Source: Oscillospiraceae bacterium (GTDB lineage: Bacteria; Bacillota; Clostridia; UMGS1840). From it: a stretch of 64,000 bases of DNA. The position numbers and the translations under genes are program-made. The stretch spans positions 65,877 through 129,876 of the forward strand of contig SVKD01000001.1 of NCBI GenBank assembly GCA_015068645.1. Direction: 5' to 3'. Shown one piece after another: positions 47,476 to 57,849 of the stretch; positions within the stretch are counted from its first letter, which is position 1, and each line of letters opens with the position of its first letter. The notes beneath the pieces were generated by a model. The model was not told the origin of the DNA. It saw nothing but the letters and a program-made list of their open reading frames with translations, and did no database searches.

Positions 47476-48664
47476 TAAAAAACACCTCGCTGCAACGGTC
47501 GGAAATTCCGCTTAAATAAGCTAAAACAACGCCGTAATTGGTAATAGGAAGTCCTGCATTCTTACATTTTTCCAAACGAGTTAAAACTGTTTTTTTCGTA
47601 ATCATACATCCGCCGCAATGAATTGCCAATTTGTATGGTGATAAATCTGACGGAAAATCGTATCCCACATAGTATTCAAATTCCAATGAAACACCTGTAA
47701 ACTTTTGCAACAAAGCAGGAATTTTCACCCGACCAATATCTTCATGGGTATGGTTATGAGTACATGCTTCCAGCATTAAAATCTTATCACCGTCTTGTAA
47801 ATTGGGGATAATATCACAAGCAGAAAGCATTATCTTCAAATCACCCTTCTGACGTGCTAACAACATCGAAAAAGAAGTTAACGGAATTGTTTTCGGAACC
47901 ATTTCAGCCACAGATTTAAAAACTTGAGAATCAGTTACAACCAAATCTACCCTAGGTAAATTAGAAATTGTTTCTTTTAATGTTTCTTCTTTCGTAACGG
48001 TACAAGTAACGCCTAAATCAAGGCAATTTCTCAAAAAAGCAACCTGAGGAAGAATCAATCTTCCTTTCGGCGCCGCCGAATCAATCGGTACAACCATTAC
48101 AACAAAATCACCTGATGATACTAAACCGATTAATTGATTATCATCTTCATCACCGATTTTTCGCAGTTCTTCGGTTAAAAAATGTTTTAACCTCTGGATA
48201 GATTTTTCATCTTTGTAATTTGCAAATTGAGCATTCGGAAACTTGTTTTTTAAAGACTCCACCTCGAATCCACTCAATAAATCTGTTTTGGTAAACACAA
48301 TAGTATAAGGGATTTTACCGAATAAATTTGTAGGAATTATAATATCTTTTCCCAATGCATTCTGACTATCCACTGCATAAATGATGTAATCACATCTGTC
48401 AAGCATCTGCTTGGTTTTCTCTATTCGTTTATCACCGAGCACAGAAACATCGCCAAGTCCAGCCGTGTCAATTAATGCAATAGGACCATAAGAAATTAAT
48501 TCCATCCCTTTTATGACAGGATCTGTGGTTGTTCCCTGCTCTTCTGACACGATTGCAAGTTCCTGACCGATGATCTGATTAAACAGCGTGGATTTTCCTG
48601 CATTGGTATTGCCAAAAATACCGATATGCTTACGGTTTGCCAAAGGTGTTTCCTGTTTTAACAT
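47468..48664 (-). CDS. hydF: [FeFe]-hydrogenase H-cluster maturation GTPase HydF
   Basis: GTPase motifs GNTNAGKSTLFN, DTAG and TKTD, with C-terminal cluster-binding cysteines (CTHNHTHEDI, HCGGC). Confidence 0.85.
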   Translation of the reverse strand: MLKQETPLANRKHIGIFGNTNAGKSTLFNQIIGQELAIVSEEQGTTTDPVIKGMELISYGPIALIDTAGLGDVSVLGDKRIEKTKQMLDRCDYIIYAVDSQNALGKDIIIPTNLFGKIPYTIVFTKTDLLSGFEVESLKNKFPNAQFANYKDEKSIQRLKHFLTEELRKIGDEDDNQLIGLVSSGDFVVMVVPIDSAAPKGRLILPQVAFLRNCLDLGVTCTVTKEETLKETISNLPRVDLVVTDSQVFKSVAEMVPKTIPLTSFSMLLARQKGDLKIMLSACDIIPNLQDGDKILMLEACTHNHTHEDIGRVKIPALLQKFTGVSLEFEYYVGYDFPSDLSPYKLAIHCGGCMITKKTVLTRLEKCKNAGLPITNYGVVLAYLSGISDRCSEVFFSE

Positions 48665-48678
48665 ACAATCACTCCTTT

Positions 48679-50067
48679 TTAGAGGAATAAATCTCGTTTG
48701 CCTTGTTCTAATTTCTTGAGGTTTTCAATTACCAGCACTCTCACTTTATCATTTTCAATTGTCGGAATATGTTTTTGGATAACTTCATTCGCAAGCTTTT
48801 GAAAGCTTTTGTCACCGTAATCCAGAGCGTATTCTTTTAAGGTCATCAACCCATTGGGTAAACATACATTTTTGATATTCCCTGTTTTGGCAAGCTCCAT
48901 AAAACGATCCCCTGTTCGTCCTTTTCGGTAACAAGCGGTACAAAAGCTTGGAACCATGCCTTCTTCCATAATCCAGCGAATAATATCCTGAGCACTTCTG
49001 TCATCAGAGGTCACAAATTGAGAGCCTTTGCTGTGATTTCCTTTACTGTAACCGCCAACATCCACAGAAGAACCTCCACTCATCTGAGATACACCAAGGC
49101 GAATGAGTTCTTTTCTCATTTTGGAGTTTTCACGGGTAGAAATAATAATTCCCGTGAACGGAACCGCCAAACGAATAATGGAAACAATCCGCAAGAAAGT
49201 TTCATCATCTATGGGATAAAATCCTGATAAATCGTTTCCTTCTGCCGGACACATTCTGGGAACAGAAATCGTATGGAAACCAACACCAAACGTATCTTCT
49301 AAATGTTTATTATGAAGCATCAAACCTAAAATTTCATAACGCCAATCGTCGGATAAGCCAAATAATACACCGCCACCAACATCGTCAATCCCTGCTTCCA
49401 TCGCACGGTCAAATGCGGTAAGGTGATATTCATAATTCTTTTTCGGTCCTCCTAAATGTACTTTTTCATAGGTTTCTTTGTGATAGGTTTCCTGAAATAA
49501 AATGTATGTACCAATGCCAACTTCTTTTAATTTTCGGTAATTCTCAACGGTGGTAGATGCAATATTGACATTCACACGGCGAATTTCACCATTACCTAAT
49601 TTCATATCATAAATTGTTTGCATACAATCTAAAATATAATCAATATCACAATTTACTGGATCTTCCCCTGCTTCCAACGCCAAACGTTTATGCCCCATGG
49701 CTTCTAAAATTTTCACTTCATCACGGATTTCGTCCATAGTAAGCTTGGTTCTATGGAATTTATTCTTACAGTTAAATCCACAATAGGCACAATTGTTGAC
49801 ACAGTAATCACTCACATACAACGGAGCAAACATCACAATTCTGTCTCCGTAAATATGCTGTTTGATTTTATCGGCAATTTTAAAAATTCGTTCCTGATGT
49901 TCTTGGTTTTCAGTGTTTAGTAAAATTGCCACTTCTTCAGGAGTCAATCCATCAAATCGTTCTGCTTTATCTAAAATTTCGGTAATTTTTTTATCATCTG
50001 CAGATTTGGATTGTTCCAACAAATTTACGATATATTGATGGTTAATAAAATTGTCGTATTCTTTCAT
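48679..50067 (-). CDS. hydG: [FeFe]-hydrogenase H-cluster radical SAM maturase HydG (tyrosine lyase)
   Basis: Radical SAM motif CVNNCAYCGF; a ThiH-like core with the C-terminal cysteine motif CTACYR; 462 aa. Confidence 0.9.
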   Translation of the reverse strand: MKEYDNFINHQYIVNLLEQSKSADDKKITEILDKAERFDGLTPEEVAILLNTENQEHQERIFKIADKIKQHIYGDRIVMFAPLYVSDYCVNNCAYCGFNCKNKFHRTKLTMDEIRDEVKILEAMGHKRLALEAGEDPVNCDIDYILDCMQTIYDMKLGNGEIRRVNVNIASTTVENYRKLKEVGIGTYILFQETYHKETYEKVHLGGPKKNYEYHLTAFDRAMEAGIDDVGGGVLFGLSDDWRYEILGLMLHNKHLEDTFGVGFHTISVPRMCPAEGNDLSGFYPIDDETFLRIVSIIRLAVPFTGIIISTRENSKMRKELIRLGVSQMSGGSSVDVGGYSKGNHSKGSQFVTSDDRSAQDIIRWIMEEGMVPSFCTACYRKGRTGDRFMELAKTGNIKNVCLPNGLMTLKEYALDYGDKSFQKLANEVIQKHIPTIENDKVRVLVIENLKKLEQGKRDLFL

Positions 50068-50081
50068 AAAAACTCTCCTTC

Positions 50082-50126
50082 AAAAACAAAAAAGCATCTG
50101 TTCTGAAATGGAACAGATGCTTTTTT
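50082..50126 (-). terminator. Intrinsic terminator between tktB and hydG, abutting the hydG RBS
   Basis: 10-bp core stem GCATCTGTTC / GAACAGATGC (50094-50120) extended by A/T pairs. On the minus strand it is followed by TTTTTTGTTTTT, then immediately by GAAGGAGAG and the hydG ATG. Confidence 0.7.
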
Positions 50127-50251
50127 ACCGCTTGCATACACTTCCAAATCAGAAAATTCTTTTTTGTCAGTTGTTTTTCTAAAGAAAATTTGGTAAGATA
50201 AAAGGACTTTCGTGCTGATATCAAACGGTATTTTCGCTTTTGTTATTGAAT

Positions 50252-51181
50252 TTATTTCATTAAATTTCGGATTTTTGCAATGATGTTTTCTGAAGTTAAG
50301 CCATATTCTTTCTGCAAATCAGGACGGTTACCGGACTGACCGAAACGGTCTTCTACGGCAACTTTGTCACTAATTTTTCCACCCAATTCCGCTACTACTT
50401 CAGCCACTGCAGAATAAAGTCCGCCAAATACATTATGATCTTCTGCAGTCATAATATGTTTAGAACTTTCCAGTGCAGTTTTAACAGCATTTTTGTCGAG
50501 GGGTTTTATAGTGTGCATGTTGACAACTCCAACAGAAACGCCTTCTTTTGCAAGTTCTTCAGAGGCAACCAGTGCTTCGTATACCATATCTCCCATTGCA
50601 ATCACGGTAACATCGGTTCCTGTCTTTAATACATTTGCTTTCCCAAAGGTGAAAGAATAATCTTCATTGGTATTAAACACCGGCACATCGTATCGTCCAA
50701 ACCGTAAATACACAGGGCCGGGTTCATTGATTGCCGCTTCCACAGCGTATTTTGCTTCGATAGCATCAGAAGGAACCAATACTTTCATATTGGGGATTGT
50801 TCTCATTAAAGAAACATCTTCAATCGCTTGATGAGAACCGCCATCTTCCCCGATTAAAATACCGCCGTGAGTACCAACTACTTTCACATTCAGATTGTTA
50901 TAACAAATTGCATTTCTTACCTGTTCATAGGCTCTGCCTGCAGCAAACACTGCAAAAGTACTTGCAAACACTGTTGCACCGCAAGCTGCCAAACCTGCAG
51001 CAGTGCCCATCATATCACTTTCTGCAATTCCCATATCAAAGAAACGTTCGGGATATCTTTTTGCAAAATCAATGGTTTTGGTAGCTTCTGCTAAATCAGA
51101 ATCCAAAACATAATAGTTATATTTTTCAGCAAGTTCTGCCAGGGCTTTTCCATAACCTGCTCTGGTTGATAATTTTTCCAT
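50252..51181 (-). CDS. Transketolase, C-terminal (pyrimidine-binding) subunit
   Basis: 309 aa. Motifs FFDMGIAESDMMGTAAGLA and THGGILIGEDGGSHQ. Split-transketolase organisation. Confidence 0.9.
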   Translation of the reverse strand: MEKLSTRAGYGKALAELAEKYNYYVLDSDLAEATKTIDFAKRYPERFFDMGIAESDMMGTAAGLAACGATVFASTFAVFAAGRAYEQVRNAICYNNLNVKVVGTHGGILIGEDGGSHQAIEDVSLMRTIPNMKVLVPSDAIEAKYAVEAAINEPGPVYLRFGRYDVPVFNTNEDYSFTFGKANVLKTGTDVTVIAMGDMVYEALVASEELAKEGVSVGVVNMHTIKPLDKNAVKTALESSKHIMTAEDHNVFGGLYSAVAEVVAELGGKISDKVAVEDRFGQSGNRPDLQKEYGLTSENIIAKIRNLMK

Positions 51182-52005
51182 TATAAGCTACCTCCCGTTA
51201 ATTCTTTGATTGCCTGTTCTGCCTGTTCGCGGTTGGGAGCAGTTCCATGCCATTTTGCTAGGTTTTCCATAAAGGAAACGCCTTTGCCTTTGATGGTTTT
51301 TGCAATAATGGCAGTAGGTTTTCCTTTCACGGTTTTTGCTTCTGCCAATGCGTTTTCAATTTCTTCAAAATTATGACCGTCAATGTTGATTACGTGGAAT
51401 CCAAAGGCTTTGAATTTTTCATCTATTGGATACGGAGACATCACTTTGCTTACTTCCCCGTCAATCTGCAGATTGTTGTTATCAACAATGGCAACTAAAT
51501 TATCCAATTTGTAGTGAGCTGCAGACATCGCTGCCTCCCATACCTGCCCTTCCTGAATTTCTCCATCACCTAAAAGGGTGTATACACGGTAGGTTTTGTT
51601 GTTTGCTTTGGCATACAATGCCATACCGTTTGCAATGGATAATCCCTGACCCAAAGAACCGGACGACATATCTACTCCGGGAATTTTTTTCATATCAGGA
51701 TGACCTTGTAGAATATGACCTAACTTACGAAGATTTTTAATTTCATCTTCAGAGTAAAATCCTTTCTCTGCTAATGTTGCATATAATGCGGGTGCAGTAT
51801 GACCTTTTGACAATACAAAACGGTCTCTGTCTTCCATTTTGGGATTTTTAGGATCCACATTCATCTCTTCAAAATATAACACGGTCATGATATCCGCAAT
51901 GGATAAGGAACCACCCGGATGACCTGATGCCGCATAATGGGTTCCACGGATAATGTTTGCGCGGATGTTCTCCGCGTGTTGTCTTAATTGTTCTTTTTCA
52001 AGCAT
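51181..52005 (-). CDS. Transketolase, N-terminal (TPP-binding) subunit
   Basis: 274 aa. Motifs SGHPGGSLS, LSKGH and GDGEIQEGQVWEA. Its stop overlaps the start of the C-terminal subunit (TAATG). Confidence 0.9.
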   Translation of the reverse strand: MLEKEQLRQHAENIRANIIRGTHYAASGHPGGSLSIADIMTVLYFEEMNVDPKNPKMEDRDRFVLSKGHTAPALYATLAEKGFYSEDEIKNLRKLGHILQGHPDMKKIPGVDMSSGSLGQGLSIANGMALYAKANNKTYRVYTLLGDGEIQEGQVWEAAMSAAHYKLDNLVAIVDNNNLQIDGEVSKVMSPYPIDEKFKAFGFHVINIDGHNFEEIENALAEAKTVKGKPTAIIAKTIKGKGVSFMENLAKWHGTAPNREQAEQAIKELTGGSL

Positions 52006-52069
52006 TACAACAAACCTTACCTTTCGTTTTTGCTATTTTTATTAATTGAATATATTTTAAACACCAATA

Positions 52070-53989
52070 TTACTGATTGAGATATACTGAACGAGTAGCT
52101 TCATCCCAAGAAACAGTTAAATCGAATTGTTCAGCTAAGAATCGGATGGGAACCAGTGTTCTTCCGTCGATAATTGTAGGTGGAACATCTATTGTTTCGG
52201 TTTTTCCGTTTACAATAACCTTCGGATAATCAATTCCCATTAAAATAGAAGCTTTGCCGCCGTAAAGAAAAACTTCACGTCTGTCTTCAAACCATGTTAC
52301 TTTTGTGTCAAGATTTTCAGAAATAATACGTACCGGAACCAAAGTTCTGCCGTTTTGAATTACCGGCGGAACGTCTGTTTTTAATCTTTCACCGTTTAAA
52401 TACAATTTTATCGGTTTTTCCAACTGAATCTGATATTCTTTTTCGATAACACCATCAATCACAAGCTTCAATGTATGATTTCCTTCCGGTTCATTATCAA
52501 AATATAAAGTTGTTTGGAAATGCGGTTCCACAAGACTTTCTAAATAGTAATTATCAAAATAAACATCCACTTTGGGTGAACTGTTTTTATAAACATGCGG
52601 ATATACTCCGAACGTGAAAGAATCATCCGATATCATAATCGATTCTGTTACCTTATGGTAAGTTACGTCTGCATCTGATTCTGATCCGTGAATAAAATAA
52701 GGATGCTCAATTTCCTCCAAATACTCATTTGCCAAAGCAGCATTATCTGATAATGAATAGTCATTTACCTCGGTAGGCATTCTTTTATCAAAATACATGA
52801 TTGCTTTGATCTGCGGATATACCTTCGGCAAAAATTCATATTGCTGATGCAAATGGTTAATCGCCCATTCTGTTTCATCTTTGCTTAATGAATTGATATA
52901 ATGTGCAACACCGGATTCGGTTAACATAATGGGTTTTCGATCCCCGTAACTTGCCACGATTTCTTCTAATGACAACACAGCATCTGCACTGTCACCTGCA
53001 AAAAACACATTATCGTTAAATTGTTCTTCAGGCGACCAATCGTTTCTACCTAAAAAATATTTTGCAAGGTAAGATGCAACCCCTACCCAATCAACAAATT
53101 CATCACCGGGGTAATAATCATGCATATTAATATTCCAAGCGGAGCTTTGGTTCACACTCCAAACCATTGCTGCATTAGGCAATTCGTTGTGAACTCTGTT
53201 TGCAACATAGCGAAAAGCAGTAATAAATTCTTCAGGAGTACACGGATTTGTCCAGATATTCACTTCTGCAGCAAAACGAAAATAAACCGGAACACTCTGG
53301 TATTTTTGCAATTCAGCAATCAAAGTATCAAAAAATGCATCATAAGCATAAATGTTTCGAATGTCACTGCCTTCATAACCAACATTTAAAGCAAAAACAA
53401 CACGGATATTTTTCTCTTCCGCCTGACGAAAAATATGATGAAACCATCCAAAATCATTACTTCCCACTTCATGGTACAACAAAACAGCAGATTCGTTTTC
53501 TAAATAGTCACGAATTCCGCCATCGCTCGTGGCACCGAATAAAACACCCATGTGCGGTTCATTTTTAGCATGGAAATACACTTCTTCTTCAGAAGTTTGT
53601 TCAAACATTTCCAAACGGGGACGGTAATGGAGCACTTTCGCTTTGGCAATCTTAACAGCATCCTGCCAATTCAGTTTTTCGGCATAATAAACATAACGTT
53701 CAAAGTAATCTGCGGCGTTCGGATAATCTTCCAACGCTTCATACGCCTTGGCAATCATTTCCATACGGGAACCAATAATCTGCAACACCTGCTCATTCTC
53801 AGGTTCCGGCATCATTAAATCAATTTCTTTTTTTGCATATTGAATCACTTTTGCATAATCTTTTGCAGAAACCGCCGCCTGATACTGGCGGTCAATGCCC
53901 CAAAAAGCGTTGGGTATTTCATATGCATAAACAGGAATGCACCCAAAAGCCAAGAATAAAGTCAAAACAAATGACACAAATCTCTTCAT
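52070..53989 (-). CDS. Secreted GH26-like glycoside hydrolase with two C-terminal copper-amine-oxidase-N-like (stalk) domains
   Basis: Signal peptide MKRFVSFVLTLFLAFGCIPVYA. GH26-like motifs FRFAAEVNIW, YYPGDEFVDWVGVASY and KPIMLTESGV. Two repeats of the NG...D.PP.I..GRTLVP.R......D..V.W pattern. Family assignment was made by eye. Confidence 0.55.
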   Translation of the reverse strand: MKRFVSFVLTLFLAFGCIPVYAYEIPNAFWGIDRQYQAAVSAKDYAKVIQYAKKEIDLMMPEPENEQVLQIIGSRMEMIAKAYEALEDYPNAADYFERYVYYAEKLNWQDAVKIAKAKVLHYRPRLEMFEQTSEEEVYFHAKNEPHMGVLFGATSDGGIRDYLENESAVLLYHEVGSNDFGWFHHIFRQAEEKNIRVVFALNVGYEGSDIRNIYAYDAFFDTLIAELQKYQSVPVYFRFAAEVNIWTNPCTPEEFITAFRYVANRVHNELPNAAMVWSVNQSSAWNINMHDYYPGDEFVDWVGVASYLAKYFLGRNDWSPEEQFNDNVFFAGDSADAVLSLEEIVASYGDRKPIMLTESGVAHYINSLSKDETEWAINHLHQQYEFLPKVYPQIKAIMYFDKRMPTEVNDYSLSDNAALANEYLEEIEHPYFIHGSESDADVTYHKVTESIMISDDSFTFGVYPHVYKNSSPKVDVYFDNYYLESLVEPHFQTTLYFDNEPEGNHTLKLVIDGVIEKEYQIQLEKPIKLYLNGERLKTDVPPVIQNGRTLVPVRIISENLDTKVTWFEDRREVFLYGGKASILMGIDYPKVIVNGKTETIDVPPTIIDGRTLVPIRFLAEQFDLTVSWDEATRSVYLNQ

Positions 53990-54112
53990 TGCTACGCTTC
54001 CTCCAAAATTTACGCTTCCTTTATTCTATTATAATATTATAGCAATTATATATATGCTTGTCAACAAGTTTCTAAATGGATGCGAAAAAAATAAAAAAAT
54101 TGCGAAAATAAG

Positions 54113-54141
54113 TTGCAAAAATGCAGAAAGTATTGTATAAT
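54113..54141 (+). promoter_or_regulatory. Sigma-A-type promoter candidate for hprK operon
   Basis: TTGCAA (54113-54118), a 17-nt spacer, then TATAAT (54136-54141). Confidence 0.5.
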
Positions 54142-54178
54142 GGTAGTTAATTTACCAAAGAAATGAGGGTTATCTGTT

Positions 54179-55120
54179 ATGGGTGCTTTTTCTGTTACAT
54201 TACAACAAATTATCAATGAGTGCAACCTGGAAACTGTTTATGCAGATAAAGATCTGAATACTGTAAAAATTTCAACCACAGATGTAAGCCGTCCGGGTTT
54301 ACAATTTGTTGATTTTTTTGATTATTTTGACCCGAATCGAATTCAGATTTTCGGGAAAGTAGAACGCACTTTTTTAGAGCAAAAAACATCCGAAGAACGT
54401 CTGCATTGTATCCGCGAACTTTGCAAACGTCAAATTCCCGCCATTATTATCTCAAGAAACCAAGAAGTTTTTCCTGAATTTCTAAATGCAGCCGAAGAAT
54501 TTCGCATCCCCGTTTTGAGAACAGCACAAACCACTTCCAAATTTATGGCAAGACTGATTGCTTTTTTAAACGTGGAACTGGCTGAACGAGTTACCTTGCA
54601 CGGAGTATTATGCGAAGTTTACGGGGAAGGTGTTCTGATTATGGGAGAAAGCGGTGTTGGAAAAAGCGAAACCGCTATTGAGCTCGTAAAACGTGGTCAC
54701 CGACTGGTTGCAGATGATGCAGTTGAAGTCAAAAAAGTATCTGATAAATCTCTGGTCGGTACCGCACCGGAAAATATTCGTCACTTTATCGAAATCCGAG
54801 GAATCGGAATTATTGATGTTCGGCGGATATTCGGTATGGGTTCCATCAAAGAAACCGAAAAAATTGATTTAATTATCAAGTTAGAAGCATGGGATCCCCA
54901 AAAACAATACGACAGATTAGGATTGATCACCGAGTATACTGAACTGTTAGGCAATAAAATTCCAAGCTTAAATATTCCCGTAAAACCGGGACGAAACTTA
55001 GCAGTTGTTGTGGAAGTAGCAGCAATGAACAATCGTCAGAAAAAGATGGGATATAATGCTGCAGAGGAATTAAACAATCGCTTAATTGAACAAATGTCTA
55101 AAGATATTAGCAATTCGTAA
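54179..55120 (+). CDS. hprK: HPr kinase/phosphorylase
   Basis: Walker A GESGVGKSETA and the signature ADDAVEV...IEIRGIGIIDV; 313 aa. Confidence 0.92.
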   Translation: MGAFSVTLQQIINECNLETVYADKDLNTVKISTTDVSRPGLQFVDFFDYFDPNRIQIFGKVERTFLEQKTSEERLHCIRELCKRQIPAIIISRNQEVFPEFLNAAEEFRIPVLRTAQTTSKFMARLIAFLNVELAERVTLHGVLCEVYGEGVLIMGESGVGKSETAIELVKRGHRLVADDAVEVKKVSDKSLVGTAPENIRHFIEIRGIGIIDVRRIFGMGSIKETEKIDLIIKLEAWDPQKQYDRLGLITEYTELLGNKIPSLNIPVKPGRNLAVVVEVAAMNNRQKKMGYNAAEELNNRLIEQMSKDISNS

Positions 55121-55185
55121 TCGCTAAAATTTATGTCCCAAAGGACAAGAAAGGAACTCGACATCTGTAATTTTTTTTCACGAAA

Positions 55186-55746
55186 ATGTCGAAACTGAAA
55201 ACTATGACTACAGCAAACATGATTACCATCGCCAGAATTTTATTAGTTCCGGTTTATGTATTATTTGCATCAGGTGTTCCCGATGTAAATAATGATATTA
55301 TTGCCGCATCTATTTTTCTGTTTATTTCGCTGACAGATTTTTTAGACGGATATATTGCCAGAAAATACAATCAAATTACCGATTTCGGAAAATTTTTGGA
55401 TCCCTTGGCTGATAAAATTTTGGTGATTTCTGCTTTCGTACTTTTCGTAGCACAGGGCAGACTAAATCCCATCATTACCATCACAGTAATCACAAGAGAA
55501 TTTTTGGTAACATCCATTCGACTGGTAGCTTCTGCTAAAGGGACCGTAATTGCAGCAAGTATGAGTGGAAAACTGAAAACAACTACTCAGATTATCGCTG
55601 TTATTGCCATTTTATTAAACGATACTCTCTCTGCGATTTATCCCCTGCCCTATGGTGAATTTTTCAGTTGGGTTATGCTGGCATTCACCATTTATTCAGG
55701 ATTGGAATATTTGATTTTAAACCGCAAGCTTATTTCTTTAAAATAA
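55186..55746 (+). CDS. pgsA: CDP-diacylglycerol--glycerol-3-phosphate 3-phosphatidyltransferase
   Basis: CDP-alcohol phosphatidyltransferase motif DFLDGYIARK...G.FLDPLADK. The start may be ATG 55204 (MTTANMITIARI) rather than 55186, since no clear RBS precedes either. Confidence 0.85.
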   Translation: MSKLKTMTTANMITIARILLVPVYVLFASGVPDVNNDIIAASIFLFISLTDFLDGYIARKYNQITDFGKFLDPLADKILVISAFVLFVAQGRLNPIITITVITREFLVTSIRLVASAKGTVIAASMSGKLKTTTQIIAVIAILLNDTLSAIYPLPYGEFFSWVMLAFTIYSGLEYLILNRKLISLK

Positions 55747-55762
55747 GGGAGGATTATAATCA

Positions 55763-56824
55763 ATGAAAACGGTTGGTATCATTGCGGAATACAACCCCTT
55801 TCATAACGGTCATAAATATCATGTGGCAAAAACAAAAGATCTGCTAAACGCAGATGGCGTCATTGCAGTTATGAGCGGCAATTTTACTCAACGGGGTGAA
55901 ATTGCAATGTTTGATATGCATTCCAGAGCAGAGGTTGCCGTAAAAAACGGTGTGGATCTCGTTTTGGAACTTTCACCTCAATTTGTGTTGAATTCAGCTG
56001 AATTCTATGCTTATTACAGCGTTTATCTTATGAATCAACTAGGAATTGTAGACTATCTCTCTTTTGGCTCGGAATGCGGCGATTTATCACAATTATCAGC
56101 TTACCGACCCACTGATGCTGATTCCTTAAGAAAACAGTTGAAAACAGGTGTTTCGTATGCAAAAGCCATTTCCAGTTCTGCACTGGCAGAAAAACCAAAC
56201 AATGTCTTGGGAATTGAATATCTTCGTGCACTGAAAAAATTAAAATCGGATATCCAACCCTTTACCGTATTAAGAAAAGCCGTAGAGCATCATTCGCAAA
56301 AGCCAACCCAACAGTTTGCATCAGCATCTTGGATTCGCAGTCAAATTCGGGATGGCAATTCAATCACTGCATTTCTTCCAAATTTACCCAACTCAACTCC
56401 AGTTTTTGAAGAACGCGTATTTCCACTTTTAAAATATCGTTTAATTATGGGACAAAACGAAGAACTGTCCAACTTTAATGCAATCAGCGAAGGACTCCAA
56501 AATCGGATTTTGGCAAACCGAAATGCAGAATCTTTTTCCGAATTAATTGCAAAAATCAAATGTAAACGATATCCGGAAACAAGAATCCGAAGAGCACTGT
56601 ATTCGTTACTTTTGAATCTGAAAAAAAATGAAGAACCACCTACGTACACCCGTGTGTTAGCATTTAACGATACCGGAAAAAAACTGCTTCGAGAAATTAA
56701 GAAAAAATCCGAAATATCCGTATTGAGCAGAATTACCAAAAAAGATGTTTACAATCACCCTCAATTGCAAATGGAACTGTATTGCAATGAGGTATATGAT
56801 TTCATAAAAAAGACAAATGTGTGA
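55763..56824 (+). CDS. tmcAL: tRNA(Met) cytidine acetate ligase (UPF0348/YlbM family nucleotidyltransferase)
   Basis: N-terminal GIIAEYNPFHNGHKYH HxGH nucleotidyltransferase motif and VMSGNFTQRGE. GGGAGG RBS. Confidence 0.8.
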   Translation: MKTVGIIAEYNPFHNGHKYHVAKTKDLLNADGVIAVMSGNFTQRGEIAMFDMHSRAEVAVKNGVDLVLELSPQFVLNSAEFYAYYSVYLMNQLGIVDYLSFGSECGDLSQLSAYRPTDADSLRKQLKTGVSYAKAISSSALAEKPNNVLGIEYLRALKKLKSDIQPFTVLRKAVEHHSQKPTQQFASASWIRSQIRDGNSITAFLPNLPNSTPVFEERVFPLLKYRLIMGQNEELSNFNAISEGLQNRILANRNAESFSELIAKIKCKRYPETRIRRALYSLLLNLKKNEEPPTYTRVLAFNDTGKKLLREIKKKSEISVLSRITKKDVYNHPQLQMELYCNEVYDFIKKTNV

Positions 56825-56833
56825 GGAAAAGCA

Positions 56834-57802
56834 ATGGATAAATCAATGAATATTCGTCAAATGACAGAAGAAAATGAACAAAAGATGATGAGTCCCTATG
56901 CGTGCCTTAGTTTGAAATCCCAAGGAAGATTTGAGCCCTTGGAAGAAGACAGTATCAGAACCTGTTTCCAAAGAGACCGTGACCGCATCATTCACAGCAA
57001 GGAATTTCGTCGTTTAAAACATAAAACGCAGGTTTTTTCCAGTTTTGAATACAATGACCATATCCGTACACGTTTGACCCACACATTAGAGGTAAGTCAG
57101 GTTGCCAGAACCATTGCAAAAGCACTGCGATTAAATGAAGATTTAACAGAAGCTATCGCTTTGGGACATGATATCGGTCATTGCGCATTTTCTCATGCAG
57201 GAGAAACTGTGTTAAACGAAATTTTTTCAGGTTTTTCTCACAATAAGCATAGTGCACGTCTTGCCCGCAAAATGAATCTATCAAAAGAAGTTGTAGACGG
57301 GATCTTAAAACACAGCAACATTGAAACCGGCGAAGAAGCTATTACACTGGAAGGAAGGATAGTCAAATACGCAGATAAATTTGCATACTTAAATTCTGAT
57401 TTAGATGACGGAATACGTCTGGGATTGATTAGCGAAGAAGATATTCCCTCTTCCGTTCGTTCCATTTTAGGAAAAACTTCAAACGACAGGCTGGACACCA
57501 TGATTCGGGATATGATACTGACCAGCCAAGGGAAAAATGAGATTAAAATGTCAGATGAGATTGATGATAACTTTAAAAAACTTCGTCAATTTATGTTTGA
57601 ACGACTGTATTTCAACGAAAAAGTAACAAAAAAAGATGAAACAGTAAAAAAAATTTTTTATCATATCTACGAAGAGGAAAAGAAGGCACAAAAATCCGAC
57701 GAAGAAATTTTGACATTCATGGCAGGTATGACAGATTCCTATGCCGTAAAATACTTCCTGAATTCTTACAATATAAACGTTCAATTTCTGGAGGTATTAT
57801 AA
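56834..57802 (+). CDS. dGTP triphosphohydrolase-like HD-domain protein
   Basis: Motifs FQRDRDRIIHSKEFRRLKHKTQV, RTRLTHTLEVSQVARTIA and GHDIGHCAFSH. Confidence 0.8.
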   Translation: MDKSMNIRQMTEENEQKMMSPYACLSLKSQGRFEPLEEDSIRTCFQRDRDRIIHSKEFRRLKHKTQVFSSFEYNDHIRTRLTHTLEVSQVARTIAKALRLNEDLTEAIALGHDIGHCAFSHAGETVLNEIFSGFSHNKHSARLARKMNLSKEVVDGILKHSNIETGEEAITLEGRIVKYADKFAYLNSDLDDGIRLGLISEEDIPSSVRSILGKTSNDRLDTMIRDMILTSQGKNEIKMSDEIDDNFKKLRQFMFERLYFNEKVTKKDETVKKIFYHIYEEEKKAQKSDEEILTFMAGMTDSYAVKYFLNSYNINVQFLEVL

Positions 57803-57849
57803 ATCATCTCGAATACTTTTATATTTTTTGAAAAAATTGTAAAAAAGAG

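Noticed and set aside
55121-55185. 21-codon ORF and 7-bp hairpin (TCGACAT...ATGTCGA) over the pgsA start
   Set aside because: The ORF has no RBS. The hairpin is short with a 20-nt loop. This is insufficient to claim a regulatory element.
56341-56739. 132-aa antisense ORF inside tmcAL
   Set aside because: Same reasoning: it is embedded in a well-supported gene and shows no independent signals.
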